This document shows, piece after piece, positions 7,533 through 15,107 of a DNA stretch of 15,107 bases; position 1 is the stretch's first letter; every line of letters begins with the position of its first letter. Location of the stretch: the NCBI GenBank assembly GCA_050257935.1, contig JBLMXV010000198.1:1-15107 (forward strand), written 5' to 3'. Made by a program: the position numbers and the translations under genes. The notes under the pieces were generated by a model. That model saw only the letters and a list, made by a program, of their open reading frames with translations. It was not told where the DNA came from and did not search any database. The DNA is from Chloroflexota bacterium. Its GTDB lineage: Bacteria > Nitrospirota > Thermodesulfovibrionia > Thermodesulfovibrionales > Dissulfurispiraceae.

Positions 7533-8066
7533 TCATTCGTTCCTGACCACTCTGACGCCGAGCACGTGCCTCATGATCCTGATGGCTGCTTCATGGTCCT
7601 CCCTGGCGAGTCCGGCTACGCCGTTTTCGATAACGGTGACAGAGTAGTCGCGCAGGACCGCGTCTGACGCGGTGAACAGGATGCAGATGTGGGTCACGCA
7701 GCCTGTGAGCCTAAGGCAGTGCATCCCGAGGCTCCTGAGGGTATCGTGCAACGTGGTCCCAAAGAAGCTCGAATACGTGGTCTTGTGGATGACCATATCA
7801 CCGGCCAGGGGCCTCAGGTCGTCCACGATCTGCGCCCCCACCGTGCCCTCCACGGCATGGGGTGGCCAGCCGAACTTTGAGAACTCGGGGTCGTCTGCTG
7901 TATGCGCATCGCAGATGTACAAGACTGGCTTTCCCTCTCTTCTCGCTGCCTCAATCTCCTTCCGTATGACGGGCAGTACGATACGTGTGTCCGGTACTTC
8001 CAAAGGTGCGCCTTCGAGCACAAAATCGTTGAGCATGTCTATGACCAGTAATGCTTCTGTTCCCAC
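7533..8066 (-). CDS. Isochorismatase-family cysteine hydrolase (nicotinamidase-like)
   Basis: ALLVIDMLNDF start, the DAH...DPEF motif, catalytic Cys context (LTGCVTHICI) and a 177-aa length are all typical of the isochorismatase/PncA superfamily. Confidence 0.85.
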   Translation of the reverse strand: MGTEALLVIDMLNDFVLEGAPLEVPDTRIVLPVIRKEIEAARREGKPVLYICDAHTADDPEFSKFGWPPHAVEGTVGAQIVDDLRPLAGDMVIHKTTYSSFFGTTLHDTLRSLGMHCLRLTGCVTHICILFTASDAVLRDYSVTVIENGVAGLAREDHEAAIRIMRHVLGVRVVRNE

Positions 8067-8073
8067 TGCCGTT

Positions 8074-8571
8074 CTATTTGATGAGATCCTCGGTTCCCCT
8101 GAAAGCTTCGGACAGGGCGAGTTCGACCGAGTCGGGGACGAGCCCTTTCACCGATCCGCCGAACGACACGACTTCCTTCACAATAGTGGAGGAGAGAAAG
8201 GAGTATCTCAGCGATGGCATCATGAAGACGGTAACGATGTTGTTGTCGAGCTTTCTGTTCATGAGGGTCATCTGCAGTTCATATTCGTAGTCCGACACGG
8301 CACGGAGGCCCCTGATGATTGCGATGCCGCCCCTGCTTTTCGCGTACTCCACAAGGAGGCTGTCGAAAGCTTCGACCTTTACATGCGTGAACTGTTTCAC
8401 GGACTCCTTTATGAGATACAGGCGGTGATCGAGGCTGAAGAGGGGTTGTTTCTTTGGGCTTGGCGCGACGGCTACGATGATCTCATCAAAGATCATGAGG
8501 CCTCGTTCGATGAGGTCGAGATGGCCGTTAGTGATTGGGTCGAAGGTTCCCGGGTAGATCGCTGTTCTCAT
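8074..8571 (-). CDS. coaD: Phosphopantetheine adenylyltransferase
   Basis: MRTAIYPGTFDPITNGHLDLIERG (T/HxGH nucleotidyltransferase motif) and RGLRAVSDYEYELQMTLMNRKL (CoaD signature); 165 aa. The ATG at 8571 overlaps the rsmD stop (ATGA). The ORF-track N-terminal extension is not used. Confidence 0.9.
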   Translation of the reverse strand: MRTAIYPGTFDPITNGHLDLIERGLMIFDEIIVAVAPSPKKQPLFSLDHRLYLIKESVKQFTHVKVEAFDSLLVEYAKSRGGIAIIRGLRAVSDYEYELQMTLMNRKLDNNIVTVFMMPSLRYSFLSSTIVKEVVSFGGSVKGLVPDSVELALSEAFRGTEDLIK

Positions 8572-9215
8572 AGGCGCACACTCTTTTCCCCGCGTCCAGG
8601 GATCATTGACGGATTGTCGGGCATCTTCTCGAGGACGAAGAGCGTGAGGGCGGTGTCCCCGTACTGGTAGCGTTTGACCGGCCTCAGGCCTCCTGCATCG
8701 ACGGGAAGCATAATCTTTGACGAATGCTCTGCGAGGAGAAGGCCCCCTGATCTCAGGACGCAACCCGTGCCGAACAGCGGCAGGATCGTCTCGATCTCAC
8801 CGGAGGCGTAGGGTGGGTCGACAAAGGCGATGTCGAACTGAAATCCCTCCGCGACGGCGGCGAGTGAGGCTCTGCCTGCCGTGACGAAACGAGCCGCCCT
8901 GTCCCTTACCACGCGTGCCTTCCCCGTGAAACCGTATCTGTTGATCAGGTCTGCGATGAAACGGGTCAGGGCAGGGCTCTCGTCGACGAACACCACGAGC
9001 CCCGCCCCCCTGCTGAGTGCCTCGATGCCGACCGCGCCTGTTCCAGCATAGAGATCGAGAAATCTGCAGTCGACGATGCGGTCCCCGAGGATGTCGAAGA
9101 CGGCCTCTCGCACTTTTGCAGAAGTCGGGCGCAGCTTGTCCTCATCGAATCTCTTCGAGAACGATTTCCGATCGATGACCAGTCTGCCCTTGGCAATACC
9201 GCCCGAGATTCTCAT
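8568..9215 (-). CDS. rsmD: 16S rRNA (guanine966-N2)-methyltransferase RsmD
   Basis: MRISGGIAKGRLV...RPTSAKVREAVFDIL...DLYAGTGAVGIEALSRGA...FVDPPY, with a class-I SAM methyltransferase fold and the DPPY motif. Start overlaps the purN stop (ATGA at 9212-9215). Confidence 0.85.
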   Translation of the reverse strand: MRISGGIAKGRLVIDRKSFSKRFDEDKLRPTSAKVREAVFDILGDRIVDCRFLDLYAGTGAVGIEALSRGAGLVVFVDESPALTRFIADLINRYGFTGKARVVRDRAARFVTAGRASLAAVAEGFQFDIAFVDPPYASGEIETILPLFGTGCVLRSGGLLLAEHSSKIMLPVDAGGLRPVKRYQYGDTALTLFVLEKMPDNPSMIPGRGEKSVRL

Positions 9216-9868
9216 GGTTCTCCGCGCAAAGGCGGGCTGGCGATGGCACTGTTCTGCAGTTCATACCCCGAGATCTTGACGGTGCGGCCTTCCATGCGGA
9301 GCCTCCCCTCCGCGTAAAGCCTGATCGCCTCGGGGTAGATCCTGTGTTCCATCCTCAGAATCCGTTCGGAGAGGCTCTCTTCCGTGTCATCAGGTGATAC
9401 GGGAACCGCGGCCTGGATGATGACCGGCCCGGTATCCATGCCATCATCGACAAAGTGCACCGTGCAGCCGCTTATCCTGGCGCCGTAGTCGACTGCCTGC
9501 TTCTGGCCGTGGAGGCCGGGGAACGCAGGAAGAAGTGCCGGGTGTATGTTCATGATCCGGTTCGGAAAGGCGTCGATGAGGGGTTTCCTCACGATTCGCA
9601 TGAAGCCTGCGAGAATGACGAGTTCCACTGATCTCCGCTGCAATTCAGCGGCGATGGCCTCGAAGAAGGCATCTTTTCCGGCGAAGTCTTTAGGGTTCAT
9701 GAAGAGGTGTTCAATCCGATGTTTCTTTGCACGGTCTATAGCGTATGCCTTCTGATTGTCGACGACGAGAAGCGACACAGCGGCTTTCAGATTCCCTGTC
9801 TCTATTTCGTCGATGATGGATTGAAAATTCGAGCCGCGGCCTGAAGCGAGGACTCCGAGTTTCAGCAT
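9212..9868 (-). CDS. purN: Phosphoribosylglycinamide formyltransferase
   Basis: LGVLASGRGSNFQSII...NIHPALLPAFPGLHGQKQA...DTGPVI are canonical PurN/formyltransferase motifs. ggaggtg SD 6 nt upstream. Confidence 0.9.
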   Translation of the reverse strand: MLKLGVLASGRGSNFQSIIDEIETGNLKAAVSLLVVDNQKAYAIDRAKKHRIEHLFMNPKDFAGKDAFFEAIAAELQRRSVELVILAGFMRIVRKPLIDAFPNRIMNIHPALLPAFPGLHGQKQAVDYGARISGCTVHFVDDGMDTGPVIIQAAVPVSPDDTEESLSERILRMEHRIYPEAIRLYAEGRLRMEGRTVKISGYELQNSAIASPPLRGEP

Positions 9869-9927
9869 GGTTCACCTCCAGGAAGAGCTGAGAATGACCG
9901 TGTTCGGCCCGGGGAGGAAACGTCTGT

Positions 9928-10953
9928 TCATCGACGCCGTTGGCTCAGCTCGTGCACGCAGTCCACGAGGGACATTGCGTTGTCGGGCGGCGTCTCCGGG
10001 AGTATGCCGTGGCCGAGATTGAAGATGTGCCCTTTTGCTTCCCCGGCGCCTGAAAGGATCTGTGAAGCCCTCTCCCTGATGAGGTCCCTTGTGCCGAAGA
10101 GGAGGCACGGATCCATATTGCCCTGGACCGCGACATCCTTGCCGAGAGCCTGTACCGCGTCTGCCATGTCGATGCGCCAGTCAAGGCCGAAGACATCAGC
10201 ACCGGCGGTCCTCACCTGTTTCAGCATCGCGCTTCCGTTGAACGCAAAGTATATCACCGGGAGTTTTCCTTTGAATGCAGTGATGATTTTCCGGACCCAC
10301 GGCAAGGCAAGTGTCGTGAAGTCAGCTGGTGAGAGGGCACCAGCCCAGGAGTCGAAGACCTGGATCGCCTGTGCGCCAGCATCCACCTGGGCCTGCAGGT
10401 ACCGTATGACGGTCTCGGTGATCTTGTCCATAAGTTGCGAGAAGAGGGCGGGTCTCCGGTACATCATGCCCTTGGTGTGGATAAAATTCCTCGAGCTGCC
10501 CCCTTCTATCATGTACGTGGCAAGGGTGAAAGGGGCTCCGGAAAAGCCGATCAGCGGCACGGAGAGCCTCTTCACGAGAAGTTTCACTGCCTCGATGACG
10601 AAGGGGACATCCTCCTCGGGGACGATGGACCGCAGGCGGGCCACCGCCGAATCGGTGCGCAACGGGTCATGGAGCACGGGCCCTTTCGATTCCGAGAACT
10701 CTAGTTTCATCCCCATCGGTTCAAGAGGGATGAGGATGTCGGAGAAGAGGATCGCTGCGTCCACTTTAAGGATCTCGACAGGCTGGAGGGTCACCTCAGC
10801 AGCGAGTTCAGGGGTTTTACACAGGGTGAGGAAATCCACCTTCGCCCTCACTTTCTGGTATTCCGGCAGATAGCGTCCCGCCTGTCTCATGATCCAGACG
10901 GGGGTATACGGCGTCTCCTCCCCCCTGCACGCCTTGAGAAAGGTGTCGTTCAT
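9928..10953 (-). CDS. hemE: Uroporphyrinogen decarboxylase
   Basis: From [33 protein letters not shown] the sequence matches the HemE N-terminal signature ([14 protein letters not shown]); 341 aa. The ATG at 10953 overlaps the upstream radical-SAM stop (ATGA). The ORF-track 524-aa version includes a spurious upstream in-frame extension. Confidence 0.9.
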   Translation of the reverse strand: MNDTFLKACRGEETPYTPVWIMRQAGRYLPEYQKVRAKVDFLTLCKTPELAAEVTLQPVEILKVDAAILFSDILIPLEPMGMKLEFSESKGPVLHDPLRTDSAVARLRSIVPEEDVPFVIEAVKLLVKRLSVPLIGFSGAPFTLATYMIEGGSSRNFIHTKGMMYRRPALFSQLMDKITETVIRYLQAQVDAGAQAIQVFDSWAGALSPADFTTLALPWVRKIITAFKGKLPVIYFAFNGSAMLKQVRTAGADVFGLDWRIDMADAVQALGKDVAVQGNMDPCLLFGTRDLIRERASQILSGAGEAKGHIFNLGHGILPETPPDNAMSLVDCVHELSQRRR

Positions 10954-12029
10954 TTCGCCGCCGCCTCCTTCCTCTTCAGCCTCGCAGGCTTGTAGGTGCA
11001 GAAGGGCTCCTCTTCGAGGTAGTCGCCATGGACCGAGTAAGCCCGCGCTCTGCAGCCTCCGCAGACATTCACGAATTCGCAGGAACCGCACCTCCCCTTG
11101 TATTTGGAGAAGTCCCTCAGTTCCTTGAAGAGATCGGAGTGTTCCCATATGTCTTTGAATGACCGTTCCCGGACGTTCCCTGCGGAACGGGGGAAATAGC
11201 TGCAGGGCAGGACGTTGCCGTCCACGTCGATGAGGCATATCACCTGTCCGGCGATACATCCCTTTGAACCGCCCGTGGAGAACTTCAGGGTGCGCCTCTT
11301 GAACATACTGCCCTCTTCCTTTGCCTTCTGGAGGACTATGCGGTAGTAATGAGGCGCGCAGGTGGGCCTCACGAGCAGGTCGTCTTCCCCCTTCTCCATC
11401 TGGTAATGCCAGTCCAATATGTCTTCGTAATCCTCCTTCGAAATGAGCTCGCTCATGATCTCTTCCCCTCTGCCGGTGGGCACGATCATGAACATGTACC
11501 ACGCCGTGGCGCCGATTTCTTTCGCGAGCCTGTAAACCTTCTGGATCTCTTCCTGGTTCCTCTTGGTGAATGACGAGTTGATGATGAACTCGATGCCATG
11601 GTCTCTGAAGAGCCGGGCGGCCCGCAGGGTGCCCTCGAAGGCGCCTTTCTGGTTCCTGAAATTGTCATGCACCTCGGCGGTCGAACCGTCGAGGCTGAGA
11701 GAGACGATCCTGATGCCTGACTCGCGTATCTTCGCGCATGTGTCCTCCGTCACGAGGGTCCCGTTCGTGGCGAGGCACATGCGAAGGCCTTTTTCCGTGC
11801 CGTAGCGGGCTATGTCGAACACGTCCGCCCTCAGGAGGGGCTCACCGCCGCTGAGGACGATCACCGGAGTCGCATAGCTCGCAATGTCGTCGAGGATGCG
11901 GAACGCCTCATCAATGCTCAAGTCGGGGTGCTCGCTCACCACCATCTCGGATGAAGAGCGGCAGTGCACGCACTTGAGGTTACATCGTCTCGTGATCTCC
12001 CATGCGATCCATCGTGGTATACATTCCAT
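10950..12029 (-). CDS. Radical SAM / SPASM-domain enzyme of the AhbC/AhbD/NirJ family (candidate anaerobic heme synthase)
   Basis: N-terminal [14 protein letters not shown] (CxxxCxxC radical-SAM cluster motif in the NirJ/Ahb-type WxLTxxCNLxCxHC context) and a C-terminal Cys-rich SPASM region ([18 protein letters not shown]); 359 aa. Translationally coupled to hemE. Confidence 0.85.
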   Translation of the reverse strand: MECIPRWIAWEITRRCNLKCVHCRSSSEMVVSEHPDLSIDEAFRILDDIASYATPVIVLSGGEPLLRADVFDIARYGTEKGLRMCLATNGTLVTEDTCAKIRESGIRIVSLSLDGSTAEVHDNFRNQKGAFEGTLRAARLFRDHGIEFIINSSFTKRNQEEIQKVYRLAKEIGATAWYMFMIVPTGRGEEIMSELISKEDYEDILDWHYQMEKGEDDLLVRPTCAPHYYRIVLQKAKEEGSMFKRRTLKFSTGGSKGCIAGQVICLIDVDGNVLPCSYFPRSAGNVRERSFKDIWEHSDLFKELRDFSKYKGRCGSCEFVNVCGGCRARAYSVHGDYLEEEPFCTYKPARLKRKEAAAK

Positions 12030-12144
12030 TGTGTTCGACCTTCACGTATTTATTTGTTCCCAAGATCCAGTGGTACGCGTGCGGTAAGGAGACGCCGTCT
12101 CGCGCTCCGGCAGCACTCTGCCGCCGTTCTACGGCTCACTTCGC

Positions 12145-12188
12145 TGCAGCCGCTGAACTCACCCTTCGGGTTCAGACACCAGCGGCTG
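12145..12188. repeat. 44-nt nested GC-rich palindrome (GCAGCCGCTG-N24-CAGCGGCTGC, with inner CTGAAC...GTTCAG and a cUUCGg-like apex)
   Basis: Read directly from the sequence: perfect 10-bp outer arms, a 6-bp inner pair and a UUCG-type loop. It lies in the 366-nt non-coding gap between hflX and the radical-SAM gene. A further hairpin, CGGCAG-cact-CTGCCG, lies at 12108-12123. Confidence 0.5.
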
Positions 12189-12204
12189 CGGCCGCTCCGT
12201 TTCG

Positions 12205-12252
12205 CCAAGAACGATAACGGGGACTACCGAAGTCGCTCGATCCGGCATCCCC
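12205..12252 (-). terminator. Candidate intrinsic terminator downstream of hflX (GGGGAUGCCG...CGGUAGUCCCC stem followed by GUUAUCGUUCUU)
   Basis: On the minus strand, an imperfect ~10-bp GC-rich stem with a 13-nt loop is followed by a moderately U-rich tract, ~145 nt past the hflX stop. The U-run is interrupted, so this is weak. Confidence 0.3.
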
Positions 12253-12395
12253 TTACGGCTGGATTCGGGTTGTATTAAGTGTACCACAGAGCCGCTGCTG
12301 AGTGGAAAGGGCATAGCTGGGATTATTCAGGTAGTTGCGGCAGCATCAGAGCAGAGGGTTCGAGAGCGAGAGTGCCGGTGTCAGCGACAGACGAC

Positions 12396-14144
12396 TCAGT
12401 CGCCGCTTGCTGCCAATTCGGGGGTCTGGTGGTTCCTGGAGTCCCAGAGGTGATGTTCGATCGCCCCGAGAAGAGCACTGAAGGTGCGCGGGTCCATGGC
12501 CGACACTGCAACTGCCTCGTGCCTTGCAGTGAGATAGGATGCCTCTTGGGGCGTGACCAGGTCAGCCTTGTTGAATACGAGTATTCTCGGTGTTCCGAGG
12601 AGGTTCAGGTCGTTAAGTATGGTCTCCACCGAGGCGATGTGCTGCTCGAAGCGGGGGTTCGCGATGTCGATGATGTGGAGCAGCAGATCGGCGTCCTCCA
12701 GTTCCTCGAGTGTTGCCTTGAACGCGGCAATAAGGTCACGGGGGAGGTCCCTGATGAACCCGACGGTGTCGGTGACGATCACCTCGCGTTCCTTGGGAAA
12801 ACGCAGTCTCCTGCTTGCAGTGTCAAGGGTCGCGAACATCTTGTCCTCTACGAAGGTGGTGCTCTTGGTGAGAGCATTCAGGAGGGTCGACTTGCCGGCG
12901 TTTGTGTAGCCGATGATCGACACGATCGGTATCCCTGTGGAGACACGCCTGTGCTTCCTCTGCCTCCTCGCCTCGCTCAAGACCTGCAGTTCGCGCTCGA
13001 GGTGCGCTATCCTGTCGCGGATGCGGCGGCGGTCGATCTCGAGCTTCATCTCGCCTGGTCCCCTTCCGCCGATTCCTCCCATAAGCCGCGACATCGCGGT
13101 CCCTTTGCCCGTGAGCCTGGGCAGCGTATATTTGAGCTGCGCGAGCTCCACCTGGACTTTGCCGTCACGGCTGTGAGCTCTCCTCGCGAAAATGTCGAGT
13201 ATGAGCTGGGACCGGTCTATTACCTTCAGTTCCGTCGATTCTGCGATGGCCCGCATCTGTGAAGGGGTGAGGTCCTGGTCGAAGATGAGGAGAGTCGCAC
13301 CTTTATCGAAGGCGTCGATCACAAGCTCCTTGAGTTTGCCCTCTCCCAGGAGGTGCGTGGGGTTCACCTCTTTGAGTCGCTGAATGACGGTGCCCAGCAC
13401 GGTGACATCACTGGACATCGCGAGCTCTTTCAGTTCCTCCATTGAATCCTCAAGGAATGGCTTCGGCTTGGTCGATGCGCTCACAAGGAGCGCCCTTTCC
13501 CTCCCGTCGTTGCGATCGAAAACCCTGTGCCTGTCCATCTCCTCTTCCAGGGATTCGATGAATTGCCGAAAATTGAAGTCTAGCTGGTAGAAGTCTGAGG
13601 AGATGAGATCGTACCTTCTTTGGGAACCGTATGGCATCAGATGTGCAAGGTGAATTGTGTGGGGGAGGCCGTCGCGGATTGTGATCGCGGCGATGAGATC
13701 GAACCTGAGGAGCGAGAGATCCGTGATGTCTTCATCATTCAGCGGTTCACTGCGAAGGTGAGTGTGGACGAATCTGAGGCCGCGCAGAGGCTTACGTCCG
13801 AGTGGATAGTCATCCAGAGCGGGAATGAGAAGGCCTTTCGCATCGCCGAGGATCACATGGGTGATGACACCTTCGCGCGAGATGAGTACACCTAACTGCT
13901 TTCCGGTCTGTGAGGACAGTTCGGTCAGATAGCGAGCGAGATCATGGGATATCACCCTGTCCGTGGGAGTGCGTCTCCGGTAGATACGCTCCAACGCTTG
14001 GACAGCAGTCTTCTTCAGCCCCGCTATGTGTCCGTGGACAGTCTTTATCGAACTCTCCTTACACGATATTCTAGCAGAAGGAAAATTATCTTGACAATCA
14101 ACGATGATCTGAAATTTAATAGCCTGACGGCCGACGCGGCGCAA
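12396..14144 (-). CDS. hflX: GTPase HflX carrying an N-terminal extension of unresolved length (~140-215 aa); start codon uncertain
   Basis: The canonical HflX core begins at ...RERALLVSAS and includes LILDIFARRA, KVQVELAQLKYTLPRL, GGIGGRGPGEMKLE, the G1 motif GYTNAGKSTLLNAL and DTVGF. The ORF-track start is a TTG at 14144, but a promoter-like AT-rich region and an AAGGAGAG SD (14054-14061) lie inside that 5' end, so the real start is probably further downstream. Confidence 0.8.
   Translation of the reverse strand: MRRVGRQAIKFQIIVDCQDNFPSARISCKESSIKTVHGHIAGLKKTAVQALERIYRRRTPTDRVISHDLARYLTELSSQTGKQLGVLISREGVITHVILGDAKGLLIPALDDYPLGRKPLRGLRFVHTHLRSEPLNDEDITDLSLLRFDLIAAITIRDGLPHTIHLAHLMPYGSQRRYDLISSDFYQLDFNFRQFIESLEEEMDRHRVFDRNDGRERALLVSASTKPKPFLEDSMEELKELAMSSDVTVLGTVIQRLKEVNPTHLLGEGKLKELVIDAFDKGATLLIFDQDLTPSQMRAIAESTELKVIDRSQLILDIFARRAHSRDGKVQVELAQLKYTLPRLTGKGTAMSRLMGGIGGRGPGEMKLEIDRRRIRDRIAHLERELQVLSEARRQRKHRRVSTGIPIVSIIGYTNAGKSTLLNALTKSTTFVEDKMFATLDTASRRLRFPKEREVIVTDTVGFIRDLPRDLIAAFKATLEELEDADLLLHIIDIANPRFEQHIASVETILNDLNLLGTPRILVFNKADLVTPQEASYLTARHEAVAVSAMDPRTFSALLGAIEHHLWDSRNHQTPELAASGD
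14068..14097 (-). promoter_or_regulatory. Candidate sigma70 promoter for hflX (-35 TTGTCA, 18-nt spacer, -10 TAGAAT)
   Basis: On the minus strand, TTGTCA (plus coordinates 14092-14097) and TAGAAT (14068-14073) lie in the AT-rich divergent region, followed by an AAGGAGAG SD. Confidence 0.3.
14091..14120 (+). promoter_or_regulatory. Candidate sigma70 promoter for the small gene at 14225 (-35 TTGACA, 18-nt spacer, -10 TTTAAT)
   Basis: Perfect TTGACA at 14091-14096 and TTTAAT at 14115-14120, in the AT-rich divergent intergenic region ~100 nt upstream of the ATG. Confidence 0.35.
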
Positions 14145-14224
14145 GCCGGTGCATCATCAACGTATGACAGGTTGAGCAGGCAACGGCGCAGAGACGTCCG
14201 GGCAACGGGCAAAAGGAGGCATAT

Positions 14225-14479
14225 ATGGGCTACACGCAGGTGGCACTGGAAGACAAGATCCTCGAGATGTATCCGGACATCAGGAAGCACGGGATCTCTA
14301 TTGGACTGAGGTTCGACGAGGGAAAGAACGCTTGGGTTGTCATTCTCAAGAAGGATACGCACGAACTCACCACCTATCTCGACAAGAAGGATGCCGATGA
14401 CTGCATGAACAACGTGAAATGTGTCTACCTCGGCTTGCATATCGCTGAGTTCGTAAAGAATTTTGAACAGAGGAAATAG
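14225..14479 (+). CDS. Small conserved hypothetical protein, 84 aa
   Basis: Strong SD (aaggagg) 7 nt upstream of the ATG, with its own promoter-like elements. Noticeably lower GC than its neighbours. Non-repetitive, globular-looking sequence (LEDKILEMYPDIRKHGI...YLDKKDADDCMNNVKCVYLGLHIAEFV). Family not identified. Confidence 0.7.
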   Translation: MGYTQVALEDKILEMYPDIRKHGISIGLRFDEGKNAWVVILKKDTHELTTYLDKKDADDCMNNVKCVYLGLHIAEFVKNFEQRK

Positions 14480-14544
14480 ACGAGACGGGGTAAGGGGCGG
14501 AGGCGGTTTGAAGCCAGATCGCTTTGATCTGTGAAATGTGTGCG

Positions 14545-15107
14545 CTAGTCCTGGTGAGTGCTGAAGATCTCGCCGAAGATCGGAGCAAGGTCCTTGAAGG
14601 CGGCGAGGACGGCAGGATCGAAGTGTCCAGGCATGGTTCTGCCGTCCCCTACAGTGAGGATTCTGCGTACCTCTTCGTGCGAGAAAGGCGCTTTGTATGG
14701 CCGCTTGCTGCGAAGGGCATCGTACTGATCGCAGATGATGAGTATGCGCCCCTCTAGCGGGATTTCGTCGCCTTTCAGGCCATTCGGATATCCTGAACCG
14801 TCCCACCTCTCATGGTGATTGAGCGCAATCGAGGCGGCCATCTGTATCGTGGGATGAAGTGAGCCCCCGAGCATTTTCTCGCCTATCAGCGTGTGTCCTT
14901 TCATGATCTCGAACTCATCGTAGGTGAGCGGCCCCGCCTTGAGAAGGATGTTGTCAGGGATGCCGATCTTTCCTATGTCGTGTAGCGGACTGGCGGAGCG
15001 GATCATTTCGACGTAGTGCTGCGGCATGCCGAGAGCCTCGGCGATCTTCCCGGCAAAGAGCGAGATCCTCGATATGTGTTCTCCCGTATCGGTGTCCCTG
15101 AACTCGG
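14545..15107 (-). CDS. HD-GYP domain protein (putative c-di-GMP phosphodiesterase), 3' portion; the 5' end is beyond the window
   Basis: HHERWDGSGYP (the HD-GYP signature) and HDIGKIGIP. A hand translation of 15028-15107 continues the frame (...TGEHISRISLFAGKIAEALG), matching the HD-domain DxxTGxHxxRV region, so the gene extends past the window edge. Confidence 0.85.
   Translation of the reverse strand, partial: EFRDTDTGEHISRISLFAGKIAEALGMPQHYVEMIRSASPLHDIGKIGIPDNILLKAGPLTYDEFEIMKGHTLIGEKMLGGSLHPTIQMAASIALNHHERWDGSGYPNGLKGDEIPLEGRILIICDQYDALRSKRPYKAPFSHEEVRRILTVGDGRTMPGHFDPAVLAAFKDLAPIFGEIFSTHQD

Noticed and set aside
9928-11502. 524-aa ORF-track version of hemE and 229-aa version of coaD with long N-terminal extensions
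   Set aside because: The extensions are low-complexity (Arg/Gly/His-rich) and overlap the upstream genes' coding regions. Conserved protein starts (MNDTFL..., MRTAIYPGTFDP...) coincide with ATGA coupling sites.
12163-12318. 51-codon minus-strand ORF (MPFPLSSGSVVHLIQPESS...) inside the intergenic gap
   Set aside because: No SD or promoter context, low-complexity composition, and it overlaps the palindromic elements. More likely non-coding.
12030-12395. Possible RNase P RNA, tmRNA, SRP RNA or tRNA in the 366-nt intergenic gap
   Set aside because: The universally conserved RNase P P4 motif GGAAAGUCCGGGCUC is absent from both strands; only GGAAAGGGCAUAGC occurs. There is no tmRNA tag-reading frame or GGGG...CCACCA ends. 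There is no SRP GGAA/AGCAG motif. GGGTTCGAGAGCG resembles a T-loop but has no complementary T-stem or acceptor stem.
14480-14544. CAGATC-gcttt-GATCTG hairpin between the convergent small gene and the HD-GYP gene as a bidirectional terminator
   Set aside because: The stem is short and AT/GC-mixed (6 bp) and has no flanking U- or A-tracts on either side. Too weak to call.
1-15107. CRISPR arrays, IS elements or transposases, integrases, tRNA or rRNA genes
   Set aside because: No direct repeat arrays, no terminal inverted repeats flanking transposase-like ORFs, and no tRNA-like cloverleaf motifs were seen on either strand. The window appears to be core chromosome.

Overview
High-GC (~60%) bacterial chromosomal window, densely coding, with two main transcription blocks. 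Plus strand (1-5919): the C-terminal end of an outer-membrane beta-barrel protein, a small unknown ORF, RNase G (rng), then a tightly spaced cassette of a 161-aa coiled-coil protein, an SPFH/band-7 (COG4260-type) protein ending in three tandem zinc ribbons, and a ~508-aa protein with two zinc ribbons. This arrangement resembles the Bacillus subtilis YdjG/YdjI phage-shock-protein-associated membrane module. It is followed immediately by the ribosome-rescue factor ArfB. Minus strand (12029 down to 7533): a housekeeping operon with ATGA-type translational coupling: radical-SAM/SPASM (AhbD/NirJ-like) - hemE - purN - rsmD - coaD - isochorismatase-family hydrolase. rpsA (5916-7412) follows it on the same strand, transcribed from its own promoter. 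Further right: a 366-nt non-coding gap with nested GC-rich palindromes, a long HflX GTPase with an N-terminal extension of about 140-215 residues depending on the unresolved start, a divergent AT-rich promoter region, a small conserved 84-aa gene, and the 3' part of an HD-GYP phosphodiesterase gene running off the window edge. No tRNA or rRNA genes, CRISPR arrays or mobile elements were seen. The most interesting candidates are the SPFH/zinc-ribbon cassette coupled to rng and arfB, the structured 366-nt intergenic region upstream of the radical-SAM/hemE operon, and the AhbD-like enzyme paired with hemE.
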